Shown here one piece after another: positions 16,215-26,900 of a stretch of DNA of 32,000 nt. This DNA is from an uncultured Erysipelotrichaceae bacterium (GTDB taxonomy: Bacteria > Bacillota_I > Bacilli_A > Erysipelotrichales > Erysipelotrichaceae). Under the pieces are notes generated by a model, which was not told the origin of the DNA, ran no database searches, and saw nothing but the letters and a program-made list of their open reading frames with translations. Every line of letters begins with the position of its first letter. Positions within the stretch are counted from its first letter, which is position 1. Location: NCBI GenBank assembly GCA_964401865.1, contig CAYNZZ010000011.1, positions 8,771-40,770 of the forward strand, in the 5' to 3' direction. A program made the position numbers and the translations under genes.

Positions 16215-18620
16215 ATGTTTTCAAACATGTTTTCCAATAAAGAGATATTCAAGGCACAGCTAATAGAACATATCGAACAGCAATACGGAAAGAGTCTTGA
16301 ACAATCTACGGCGATTGAGAAATATACTGTGCTTGTAGATATGGTAAGATCATATGCTACAGCAAATTGGAAAGACACTAAAGAAGCGGTTCGCTCCGGA
16401 CAAAAGAAACAAATGTATTATTTTTCATTAGAGTTCTTGTTAGGAAGAATGCTTAGCAACAACTTAATGAATTTAGGAATTTATGGCATTGTAAAAGACG
16501 GTTTAAATGATTTGGGTATTGATATAAATGCGATTGAAGATTTGGAAAGCGATGCAGGACTTGGAAATGGCGGTTTAGGAAGACTGGCTGCTTGTTTCTT
16601 AGATTCGCTTGCGACTTTAAATTTACCGGGCAATGGCAATACCATTCGTTATAAATATGGTTTGTTTAAGCAATTGATCGTCAATAATGAACAGGTTGAA
16701 GTTCCTGATCAATGGTTAAGAATTGGTAATTATTGGGAAGTTAGAAAATTATATAAAGCAGTCAACATTAAATTCTACGGTGAGGTGAAGATCAATCGTG
16801 ATGAGAAAGGTGATTTGGTTTTCGAACACATTAATGCTGAAAATGTTTTAGCTATTCCTTATGATATGCCTATTGTTGGTGCTGAAACCGATACAACTAA
16901 TACCTTACGTATGTGGTCGGCTGAACCTAGTCAAGATTTGCCCGCTAATAAAGACTTTAGACAATATTTATCTGATGTAGATGATATTTGTTTGAACGTT
17001 TATCCAGATGATTCAACCGAAAAAGGCAAGTATCTTCGCATCAAGCAAGAATATTTCTTCGTGTCGGCTGGACTTCATGAAATCGTAAGAGATCATCTTA
17101 AGGTTTATGGAACTTTAGACAATTTACACGAAAAGGTAGTTATTCAATTAAATGATACTCATCCGGCTTTAGCTATTCCTGAATTAATGCGCATTTTGAT
17201 GGATATTTATCATTATGATTGGGATCATGCGTTCTATATTGTAAGCCATACCTTTGCATATACTAACCACACCGTCATGTCAGAAGCTTTGGAAAAATGG
17301 CCGGTTGAATATATTAAAAAACTACTTCCAAGAATTTATTTAATCATCGAAGCAATTGATAATAAATTTAAAGATTATGTCATTAGTAAAGGTCATGATC
17401 GTGATTTCATCAACCGTGTTGCAATAATTCAAGATGGCAATGTAAGAATGGCTAATTTATCTATTGTTGGTTCATTCTCTGTTAATGGTGTAGCGAAACT
17501 GCATACTGATATCTTGAAGAATGATATCTTTAGAGATTTTAGTGTGTTATACGAAAATAAGATCAATAATAAGACTAATGGTATCACTCAAAGAAGATGG
17601 CTACTATATTCAAATCCTGAATTGACTTCTTTAATCGAAAAATATATTGGTCCAGAATTTAAAAAGGATTTCAATAGGATTGAAGATTTGATGCAATATG
17701 TTGATAATCCAGAACTTCAAAAAGAATTTTTAGAAGTTAAAAAAATCAGGAAAGAAAAACTTAGTGATTTCTTGTATAAAAACTATGGAATAGTTTTGGA
17801 CTGCGATAGTATATTTGATGTTCAGGCCAAACGTTTGCATGCTTATAAGCGTCAGCTATTAAATATTATGCATGTCATATATTTATACTTGCGTCTTAAA
17901 CGCGATCCGGAATTTAAGATTCCAAAGACTACCTTTATCTTTGGTGCAAAGGCGGCATCTAGCTATTACTTTGCTAAGAAGGTTATCAAATTGATCAATT
18001 GTGTTGGTGAAACTATTGATAGCGATCCATATGCTTCTCAATTTATTAAAGTAGTATTTATTCCAAATTATCGTGTTACAGTAGCCGAGAAGCTGATGAA
18101 TGCAACCGATATTTCCGAACAGATTTCTATGGCTGGTAAAGAAGCTAGTGGTACTGGCAACATGAAATTTATGATGAATGGTGCTGTTACAATCGGAACC
18201 CTTGATGGTGCTAATGTTGAAATAGCTCAATTAGTTGGTGATGAAAACATTGAAATATTTGGTTTGCGTTCTGATGAAGTAGTTGAGGTTAAAAAGACGT
18301 ATAATGCATATCAATGTGTTATGCACGATGATCGTTTAAAAGCGGTAATCAACAGTCTATTAGATGGTACATTCTCAAGAGATTTTGAAGATTTTAAGGT
18401 TATTGCTGATGAAATAATGCTACATAACGATGAATATTTGATTGCTGCTGATTTTGATGCATATGTAAAAGCACACGAACATCTTTATGAAATGTATCAA
18501 GATCAAAACGCTTGGGCGAAGAAATGTTTAATCAACATTGCGAAAAGTGCTTATTTTTCAAGTGACCGTACAATTAACCAATACGCTAGTGAAATATGGG
18601 ATATTCAACCAATTAAGTAA
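16215..18620 (+). CDS. glgP: glycogen/maltodextrin phosphorylase (GT35)
   Basis: 801 aa. Motifs 'LGNGGLGRLAACFLDS' and 'NDTHPALAIPELMR'. PLP-lysine block 'GKEASGTGNMKFMMNGA'. Confidence 0.93.
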   Translation: MFSNMFSNKEIFKAQLIEHIEQQYGKSLEQSTAIEKYTVLVDMVRSYATANWKDTKEAVRSGQKKQMYYFSLEFLLGRMLSNNLMNLGIYGIVKDGLNDLGIDINAIEDLESDAGLGNGGLGRLAACFLDSLATLNLPGNGNTIRYKYGLFKQLIVNNEQVEVPDQWLRIGNYWEVRKLYKAVNIKFYGEVKINRDEKGDLVFEHINAENVLAIPYDMPIVGAETDTTNTLRMWSAEPSQDLPANKDFRQYLSDVDDICLNVYPDDSTEKGKYLRIKQEYFFVSAGLHEIVRDHLKVYGTLDNLHEKVVIQLNDTHPALAIPELMRILMDIYHYDWDHAFYIVSHTFAYTNHTVMSEALEKWPVEYIKKLLPRIYLIIEAIDNKFKDYVISKGHDRDFINRVAIIQDGNVRMANLSIVGSFSVNGVAKLHTDILKNDIFRDFSVLYENKINNKTNGITQRRWLLYSNPELTSLIEKYIGPEFKKDFNRIEDLMQYVDNPELQKEFLEVKKIRKEKLSDFLYKNYGIVLDCDSIFDVQAKRLHAYKRQLLNIMHVIYLYLRLKRDPEFKIPKTTFIFGAKAASSYYFAKKVIKLINCVGETIDSDPYASQFIKVVFIPNYRVTVAEKLMNATDISEQISMAGKEASGTGNMKFMMNGAVTIGTLDGANVEIAQLVGDENIEIFGLRSDEVVEVKKTYNAYQCVMHDDRLKAVINSLLDGTFSRDFEDFKVIADEIMLHNDEYLIAADFDAYVKAHEHLYEMYQDQNAWAKKCLINIAKSAYFSSDRTINQYASEIWDIQPIK

Positions 18621-18622
18621 TT

Positions 18623-20647
18623 ATGAAAGTTAGTTTTTATTGGGATGACCAATCGAGTATTAAGGCTTATGCAAATGAGCCTTTTTGTTTGTATAGCACT
18701 TTAAAGATATTTAATGATTCTATACAGCTAGACTATAAGCTTGAGATTATTAGTGAATTTTGCATAAAACTGATTTTATATGAAAACTATGATTTTAAAG
18801 GCGATTATCATGTTGAGTATTTAAATAAAAAATATTTAATTGAAGAAAGAATGATAGTTCAAAGTGAATGGTTTGATGAAAATATGGTTCCTGATATTAA
18901 GACTTTAGGTTCTTTTTATAGTAAAGAAAAAACCGTATTTAGAGTATGGGCTCCTTTATCTAAAGAAACAACTCTGGTATTAAATAATCAGGAATTTAAA
19001 ATGTACCAATGTGATAAAGGTGTGTATGAATATGTTGCGATAGGCGATTACGAAAAAAGTCCTTACTACTACTTGTTAGAATATAATAAAGAAATTAAAA
19101 AATGTATCGATCCTTTTGCATATAGTTCTGGTGTCAATGAGAGTTGTTCTTTTGTTTTGGATAAAGACAAGTTTATTAAAGATAGATATAAGCCCCTTAA
19201 TAAGATGAATTCTTATTGCGATGCCATCATCTATGAAACAAGTGTCCGAGATTTCAGTATTGATTCATATTTTAAACATCAAGGTACTTTTAAGGGCATG
19301 ATTGAAAAACGGAGTCTTGAAGACAAAACTATCGGTTTAGATTATCTAATAGAATTGGGTATTACTCATCTTCAACTGATGCCGGTATTTGATTTTGGGA
19401 GTGTTGATGAAGTTAAAAAAGATAGCTATAACTGGGGTTATGATCCGGTTCAATACAATGTTGTTGAAGGGACTTATGTAAACGAGATAGATAATCCATA
19501 CGCCAGAGTAAATGAATTGATTGAGCTTATCAATGTAATGCATCAGAACAATATTCGAGTCAATTTGGATGTAGTTTTCAATCATGTGTATAAGTTATAT
19601 AGATTTTCTTTAAATATTCTTTGTCCATACTATTTTTTTCGATATGATGATATGAAATTATCTGATGGTTCATTCTGCGGAAATGAGATAAGAAGTGAAA
19701 GCCGATTTATGCGTTCTTATATCCTGGAGATGATAAAAAGATATATCGATATCTATGATATTGACGGTTTAAGATTTGATCTCATGTCGCTTATTGATAC
19801 TGAAACAATTAATGAGGCGGTTAAACTGTCGCTGAGTGAAAAAGAAGAATTCATGATATATGGCGAAGGTTGGCAAATGCCAAGTGTCTTGCCGGCTTAT
19901 ATGCAGTCATCGATCGTGAATGCTGGTGTATTAAAAAAAGTAGCTTTCTTCAATCCGACTTTCAGGGACAATGTGAGAGGATCTAATTATTTAGATTCTA
20001 GTGAATCATTTGGTTATGCCTTTGGCAATGTCAACGGTGGAGAAGTGATGAAAAGGCTACTAATTGGTGATAAATATGGCGGTTTTTCTTTTCCGCACCA
20101 ATCTATTAATTATGTAGAATGCCATGATAATTTTACCTTCTTTGATAAGATGAAATATAATTGTCCTGATGATGATGAAAGACTCAATATTAAAAAAGCC
20201 AAGCTTGCTATCGGCCTGATTATGCTTAGTCAAGGCGTTCCCTTCTTACATAGTGGGCAAGAATTTTTGCGAACTAAAAAAGGAGCTGATAATTCATATA
20301 ATTTACCCGATGAAGTCAATCATTTGGATTGGAAACGCAAAAATCGTTATCTGGAACTGGTGAATTATACAAAAGAGATGATTGATTTTAGAAAGAAACA
20401 TGATTTTTTAAGACTGGATGATTATGAAGAAATAGTGAGCATTTCTAGTTTTGAAAATTATTATGAAGTACTTGTATATAACATTGCTAATTTAAAGATA
20501 TTGATAAATCCGTGCCCATTTTATCATCTTTATGATATTGAAGGAGAGTATAGAATGATATATAACGAAAATGGCTATGATGATGTCATCATATCTAGAT
20601 GTGCCGGGGTACCGGAATTCAGTATTGTTATATTGGAAAAGATATAA
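18623..20647 (+). CDS. pulA: type I pullulanase / debranching enzyme (GH13), cytoplasmic
   Basis: Type I pullulanase signature 'YNWGYDP'. GH13 regions 'NLDVVFNHV', 'DGLRFDLMS', 'YGEGW' and 'YVECHDN'. No signal peptide. The start is 2 nt after the glgP stop. Confidence 0.85.
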   Translation: MKVSFYWDDQSSIKAYANEPFCLYSTLKIFNDSIQLDYKLEIISEFCIKLILYENYDFKGDYHVEYLNKKYLIEERMIVQSEWFDENMVPDIKTLGSFYSKEKTVFRVWAPLSKETTLVLNNQEFKMYQCDKGVYEYVAIGDYEKSPYYYLLEYNKEIKKCIDPFAYSSGVNESCSFVLDKDKFIKDRYKPLNKMNSYCDAIIYETSVRDFSIDSYFKHQGTFKGMIEKRSLEDKTIGLDYLIELGITHLQLMPVFDFGSVDEVKKDSYNWGYDPVQYNVVEGTYVNEIDNPYARVNELIELINVMHQNNIRVNLDVVFNHVYKLYRFSLNILCPYYFFRYDDMKLSDGSFCGNEIRSESRFMRSYILEMIKRYIDIYDIDGLRFDLMSLIDTETINEAVKLSLSEKEEFMIYGEGWQMPSVLPAYMQSSIVNAGVLKKVAFFNPTFRDNVRGSNYLDSSESFGYAFGNVNGGEVMKRLLIGDKYGGFSFPHQSINYVECHDNFTFFDKMKYNCPDDDERLNIKKAKLAIGLIMLSQGVPFLHSGQEFLRTKKGADNSYNLPDEVNHLDWKRKNRYLELVNYTKEMIDFRKKHDFLRLDDYEEIVSISSFENYYEVLVYNIANLKILINPCPFYHLYDIEGEYRMIYNENGYDDVIISRCAGVPEFSIVILEKI

Positions 20648-20678
20648 AGGGTATATGTTATAATATTCACATTCTTAA

Positions 20679-20707
20679 TTGACTAGAAATCTTGGTAATC
20701 TTATAAT
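20679..20707 (+). promoter_or_regulatory. near-consensus sigma-A promoter of gapA
   Basis: TTGACT at 20679-20684, an exact 17-nt spacer, then TATAAT at 20702-20707. SD AAAGGAGG follows before ATG 20742. Confidence 0.6.
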
Positions 20708-20723
20708 GTATTTGAAGTCATAA

Positions 20724-21752
<1,029 letters not shown>

Positions 21753-21810
21753 TGTATTTGTAAGCTATTGATGATATAAAAATACATTTTAGTAAATTTT
21801 AATTCAAAAC

Positions 21811-21850
21811 AAAAGGTCTGCTGTCCTGTTGTGGAAACAGACCTTTTTTT
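21811..21850 (+). terminator. rho-independent terminator after gapA
   Basis: AAAA, then GGTCTG (21815-21820) pairing with CAGACC (21838-21843) with further internal TCC/GGA pairs, followed by T7 (21844-21850). Confidence 0.7.
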
Positions 21851-21856
21851 CATTGT

Positions 21857-22206
21857 AGGAACAGCGTTTTAGATTATCGAAATTCTTTATCAGATCAAAA
21901 TATTATTATTTATGGATATTATGTTTATAAAGATGAAGTTAGAATTTATGAAGTTGCACGAGTATATTATTATGAAATGGGCAATGATAATCTAGAATAT
22001 TTTCATACTTATTATGAACCTGAACAATTAAAAGAATATCTGTCTTCGTTAGATGAAAAAGAATTCTATGACACAAATGTTGACATAACTTCTAGTGATA
22101 TTTTTTTAACATTGCAGACTTGTGTTCGTGAAGAGATGATTTACGTTTAATTGTAATTGCAAAAGAAATTGAAGTGATTGATCATATCAATTACTTGAGT
22201 CATTGA
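21857..22206 (+). pseudogene. sortase (class B-like) remnant: C-terminal half only, with a frameshift
   Basis: The translation '...IYEVARVYYYEMGNDNLEYFHTYYEPEQLKEYLSSLDEKEFYDTNVDITSSDIFLTLQTCVREEMIYV*' carries the TLxTC catalytic-Cys motif. After a +1 shift at about 22144 it continues 'RLIVIAKEIEVIDHI' (catalytic Arg strand). There is no start codon, no SD and no N-terminal His-containing half. It begins right after the gapA terminator. Confidence 0.5.
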
Positions 22207-22236
22207 TATATTTGGTAAAAATATTAATAAAAAGTG

Positions 22237-22265
22237 TTGCTTAAAAAATAGAATTAAACTAAAAT
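22237..22265 (+). promoter_or_regulatory. candidate promoter of the rplJ operon
   Basis: TTGCTT at 22237-22242, a 17-nt spacer, then TAAAAT at 22260-22265. Confidence 0.45.
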
Positions 22266-22272
22266 AATAAGG

Positions 22273-22377
22273 CATCAATATACCCTAGACAGCAACGGCC
22301 TAAAGCTTAATAAGGTTGCCGAGGTAAAAGATCAATGAGATTTTTAACCTGTGCTGTCTAAGCACAGGTTTTAATTT
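22273..22377 (+). promoter_or_regulatory. ribosomal protein L10 leader (autoregulatory attenuator) with an intrinsic terminator
   Basis: The position is directly upstream of rplJ. There is a GCAAC/GTTGC helix (22292-22296 / 22315-19) followed by GAGG. The terminator is AACCTGTGC (22346-54) / GCACAGGTT (22362-70) plus a T-rich tail. A 9-nt segment at 22286-94 is perfectly complementary to 22352-60. Confidence 0.6.
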
Positions 22378-22406
22378 GTGTATATTGGGGCTAGAAAGAG
22401 GGAAAT

Positions 22407-22964
22407 ATGAATCAAGCCACATTAACTGCAAAGCAGGAATTAGTATCTGAAATTTCTGGTAAAATCAAAGATGCTAGCTCTGTTGTTGTTGTAGAATATC
22501 GCGGTCTTACAGTTGCTGAAGTAAATGAACTTCGCCGCAACTTGAGAAGCGAAGAAGTTGAATTCAAAGTATATAAGAATTCAATGGTTGAAAGAGCAGT
22601 AGAAGAATGCGGATACAATGACCTTAAAGAAGCTCTTAAAGGTCCTAACGCTATTGCGATTTCTAAAGATGCAACAGCACCTGCTCGTGTATTAGCAAAA
22701 TTTGCTAAGAAACATGACAAATTAGTATTAAAAAGCGGAATCGTAGAAGGCAAGATTGTTGACTTAGACACAATCAAAGAACTTGCAAGCTTACCAAACC
22801 GCGAAGGAATGCTATCTATGTTGTTAAGCTGCTTACAATCACCTATTCGTTCATTTGCTTGCGCTGTTAAAGCAGTTAGCGATGCTAAAGGAAATGGTGA
22901 AGAAGCAACAACAGAAAACAATGAAGAAGTAAAAGAAGAAGCTTCACAAGAAGCACAAGCATAA
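22407..22964 (+). CDS. rplJ: 50S ribosomal protein L10
   Basis: 185 aa with 'VVVVEYRGLTVAEVNELRRNLR'. It carries an acidic tail about 20 aa longer than Bacillus-type L10: 'GNGEEATTENNEEVKEEASQEAQA'. Confidence 0.95.
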   Translation: MNQATLTAKQELVSEISGKIKDASSVVVVEYRGLTVAEVNELRRNLRSEEVEFKVYKNSMVERAVEECGYNDLKEALKGPNAIAISKDATAPARVLAKFAKKHDKLVLKSGIVEGKIVDLDTIKELASLPNREGMLSMLLSCLQSPIRSFACAVKAVSDAKGNGEEATTENNEEVKEEASQEAQA

Positions 22965-22982
22965 GAAAGGGAGATTATTAAA

Positions 22983-23354
22983 ATGGCAAAACTTACACAT
23001 GAAGAAATTCTAGCTTACCTAGAAGAAGCAACTATTTTAGAATTAAATGACTTAGTAAAAGCAATCGAGGAAAAATTCGGCGTTACTGCTGCTGCACCAG
23101 TAGCTGTTGCTGCTGCACCTGCTGAAGAAGCTGCTGCTGCACCTACAACTGTATCTGTTGTATTAACAAGTGCTGGAGCTTCTAAAGTTGCAGTTATCAA
23201 AGTTGTTAGAGAATTAACTGGTTTAGGCTTAGTTGAAGCAAAAGGCTTAGTTGACAAATGCCCAAGCCCAATTAAAGAAAATATCAACGCTGATGAAGCT
23301 GAAGAAATCAAGAAGAAGCTTGTTGAAGCTGGCGCTACAGTAGAAGTAAAATAA
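22983..23354 (+). CDS. rplL: 50S ribosomal protein L7/L12
   Basis: N-terminal dimerisation helix, an Ala/Pro hinge and C-terminal '[11 protein letters not shown]...[19 protein letters not shown]'. Confidence 0.95.
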   Translation: MAKLTHEEILAYLEEATILELNDLVKAIEEKFGVTAAAPVAVAAAPAEEAAAAPTTVSVVLTSAGASKVAVIKVVRELTGLGLVEAKGLVDKCPSPIKENINADEAEEIKKKLVEAGATVEVK

Positions 23355-23360
23355 TAATGA

Positions 23361-23954
23361 ATGATGTCTCATTATTATACAGATAATAAAAATCTAAAGT
23401 CGGATCCCAAGACTTTTGAATATGTGTTCGATAATGAGGTCTTTGTATTTACCGCAGACCATGGTGTTTTCTCAATGAACTATGTGGACTACGGTTCATA
23501 TCTATTATTAAAAGCAATTTATCGTAAAGCGTTGGGCGAAAGAGTATTGGATTTAGGTTGTGGTTATGGTCCGATAGGTATCGTTATTGGCCGTTTCCAT
23601 AAAGATTCCATTATCGATATGGTCGATGTCAATTCTAGAGCGACTGACCTAGCTAAGCACAATGCTTTACGGAATTGTGTCAGTGCATCTGTTTATCAAA
23701 CTGATGACATTCTATCTTTAAACAAAACATATAATAGTGTTATTTTAAACCCGCCGATTAGAGCGGGTAAAAGTCTCATATTTGATTTATATGAAAAATC
23801 ACATGCGGTTTTAGAAGAAAATGGACACTTATATATCGTTATTGCCAAAAGACATGGTGCTGAGTCTAGTTTGAATAAACTTCTAGAATTATTTCAAAGT
23901 GCTAAAGTCATCTTAAAAGATGGCGGTTATTGGGTAATAGAAGCACAGAAATAA
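23361..23954 (+). CDS. ybxB: class I SAM-dependent methyltransferase (RsmC/RsmD-like; the position matches B. subtilis ybxB between rplL and rpoB)
   Basis: Motif I 'VLDLGCGYGPIG' and motif IV 'ILNPPIRAG'. Synteny rplL-MTase-rpoB. The start could be ATG 23361 or 23364. Confidence 0.75.
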   Translation: MMSHYYTDNKNLKSDPKTFEYVFDNEVFVFTADHGVFSMNYVDYGSYLLLKAIYRKALGERVLDLGCGYGPIGIVIGRFHKDSIIDMVDVNSRATDLAKHNALRNCVSASVYQTDDILSLNKTYNSVILNPPIRAGKSLIFDLYEKSHAVLEENGHLYIVIAKRHGAESSLNKLLELFQSAKVILKDGGYWVIEAQK

Positions 23955-23993
23955 TTTTTTGCATTATTTCTCATTCGAAAGGACGGCGCATAT

Positions 23994-26900
23994 ATGAAAG
24001 AAATACAATCTTATCACAATGCTGAACTGGGGAAACATTCTTCTCGCCGTGATTACTCTAAGGTTAGCGGTTCTTTAGAATTGCCTAATCTTGTAGAAAT
24101 ACAAACTGATTCTTTTAAATGGTTTATTGAAGAAGGAATCAGAGAAGTTTTTGAAGATATTTTTCCTATTCAAAATTACAATAAAAATATCCGCTTAAAG
24201 TTTTTGAGTTACGAATTTGGAGAACCAAAATATAGCGTTAATGAAAGTAAGTATCGTGAAGTTAACTATGCAGCTCCATTAAAAGCTAAGATGGAGCTTG
24301 AATTGATTTCTGAAGAAACTGGTGAATTAATCAATAAATTTGAAGAAGTTTATTTAGGTGAATTCCCAATGATGACACCTACTGGTACATTTATCATCAA
24401 CGGTGCAGAACGTGTTATCGTTTCTCAGATTGTTAGATCTCCAGGTGCTTATTTTGATACATCATCAGATGATAAAACCGGAAAAGAAGTCTATGATGGT
24501 GAATTAATCCCAAGTCGTGGTACTTGGTTAGAGTTTTTGACTGATGATAAAAAGACTGATCTTGGCCTTGTAATGAATATGAGTGTCGATCGTAAACGTA
24601 AGATTTTATCTACCATCTTATTCAAAGCGATTGGATTCTCGTTAGATTTAGAAAAGGGCGAAGACGCTTTTGACGTTACAGAGATGAAGACCTTCTTAAA
24701 TGCAATGGGACTTCATGTCTATGACGATCTCATCAATACAAACAATGACCGTGAATTTTTAGATATTTATGAAGCTATCTATACTTCATTCTTAGGCGGT
24801 TATGAAGAAATTATCAACACTTTACAATTAGATAAGACTAAAACTACTTCTGAGGCTTTGATTGCTATGTATGAGAATCAAAAGTCTGATGAAGTTCCAA
24901 CTATGGATGGTGCTGTTACATTAATGAACGCCAAGTTCTTTGACCAAAAGAAATATGATCTTACAAAAGCAGGGCGTTATAAATTAGGTAAAAAGCTTAA
25001 TGTTATCGATAGAATGGAAAATCATGTTTTAGCTCAAGATGTTTATAGGGCTGATGGTACAGTGCTGTATCCTGAAGGTACTTTAATCACTAAAGAAGAA
25101 AGAAAGACATTGTGGAATGAGCTAAAGGGTAGTCATGTTCATGCATTCCCATTTGCTCATCAATTCTCTCATCCAACAGTTGTAAATGTTGACACAAGTG
25201 AAACACTTACATTGATTGGTAGAGTTTTAGCTCATGATATTGAAACCGATGAATTATCTATGTCTGCAGGAACCGTATTGACCGCTAAAGATGTAGAGAA
25301 TATTGCCAAGGTATTGACTACTGTCAGTGTATATAGTGCTATCATTGCTGAAGATGTAAAACTAGATAAAGACAATGTTCGCTCTGTTCTTAATTATGGC
25401 CAAAGATTGTTTGTTTTGGGACGTTTGACTGATGTTGATGGCAATGATATCAAAGCTGACGATGAAAATATGATGCCTAGCTATCTTCCTGATAGTGACT
25501 TCTATATGTTGACACTAGATAATGAAGATAAGCTAGTTAAAATGGTTAAAGAAGGACTTGAAGTTCACGCATGGTTGGTTGGTTCGGCTTGCCAGGTTGT
25601 ATATATCAATAATCCTGATGCAGAAGATGTTAAGGTTAAACTTATTGGTATTGACCCATTAAATGACAAAAAATGTATCACGATGTCAGATATGATTGCT
25701 TTCTATAACTATGAATTCACAATGTTGGATGGTATTGGAAGCACTGATGATATTGATATGTTGGGTAACCGTCGTATTAGAACTGTTGGCGAATTGATTC
25801 AAAATCAATTTAGAATTGGTTTAAGTCGTATGGAAAAGGCTGTCAAAGAAAGAATGTCAATCATTGATCTTGACTCAGCTACTCCAAAGACATTAACAAA
25901 TATTCGTCCATTATTTGCGGCCATCAAAGAATTCTTTTCAAGTTCTCAATTATCACAATTTATGGACCAGCAAAATCCCCTTGCTGAATTGACTAATAAA
26001 CGTCGTATCAGTGCTTTAGGACCTGGTGGTTTGACTAGGGAAAGAGCTGGATTTGAAGTTCGTGACGTACATAACTCTCACTATGGAAGAATCTGTCCAA
26101 TTGAAACACCAGAAGGTCAAAATATCGGTTTGATTTCTTATTTAACTACTTATGCTAAGGTTAATGAGTATGGTTTTATTCAAACTCCTTATCGTAAGGT
26201 TGATAAAGACGGAAATGTTTCCGAAGATTATATTTATTTAAGTGCTGATGAAGAAAATGATTATATCATTGCTCAAGCCAATGAAGTATCGGATGGCAAA
26301 CTAAAAGGTGAACAAGTAGTTGCTCGTAAAGCTGGAGAAACTATTTTGGCTAATCGTAAAGATGTCGAATTGGCCGATGTTTCGCCTAAACAGATCGTTT
26401 CTGTTGCTGCTGCATGTATTCCATTCTTGGAAAACGATGACGCCTCAAGAGCCTTGATGGGTGCCAACATGCAACGTCAGGCAGTTCCATTATTAAACCC
26501 ACATAGTCCATATGTAGGAACAGGTATCGAGGCTAAGATTGCCAAAGACTCTGGCAGCGGTATTGTTTCTCACCATAACGGACAAGTAACATATGTCGAT
26601 GCTTCAACTATCGTTATTGATGATGGCAGTGAAGAACATACTTATGAATTAGATAAATTCAGAAGATCTAATGCTGGTACATGTATCAATCATCGCCCTA
26701 TTGTTTCAACAGGCGAAATGGTAAAAGCTGGTGATTTGATTGCTGATGGTCCTTCAATGGATGATGGAGAATTAGCTTTAGGTCAAAATGTTACTATTGC
26801 CTTCATGACATGGCATGGTTATAACTATGAAGATGCCATTATCATGTCTGAAAGAATGGTAAAAGATGATGTTTATACTTCAATTCATATTGATGAATAT

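Noticed and set aside
22412-22921. A 169-aa ORF antisense to almost the whole of rplJ.
   Set aside because: The sense strand is unmistakably L10. The antisense product is Ser/Ala/Leu-rich low-complexity sequence with no SD. This is the typical mirror ORF produced by the strong codon bias of highly expressed genes.
23015-23311. A 98-aa ORF antisense to rplL.
   Set aside because: Same reasoning as for rplJ. It mirrors the Ala-rich hinge of L7/L12.
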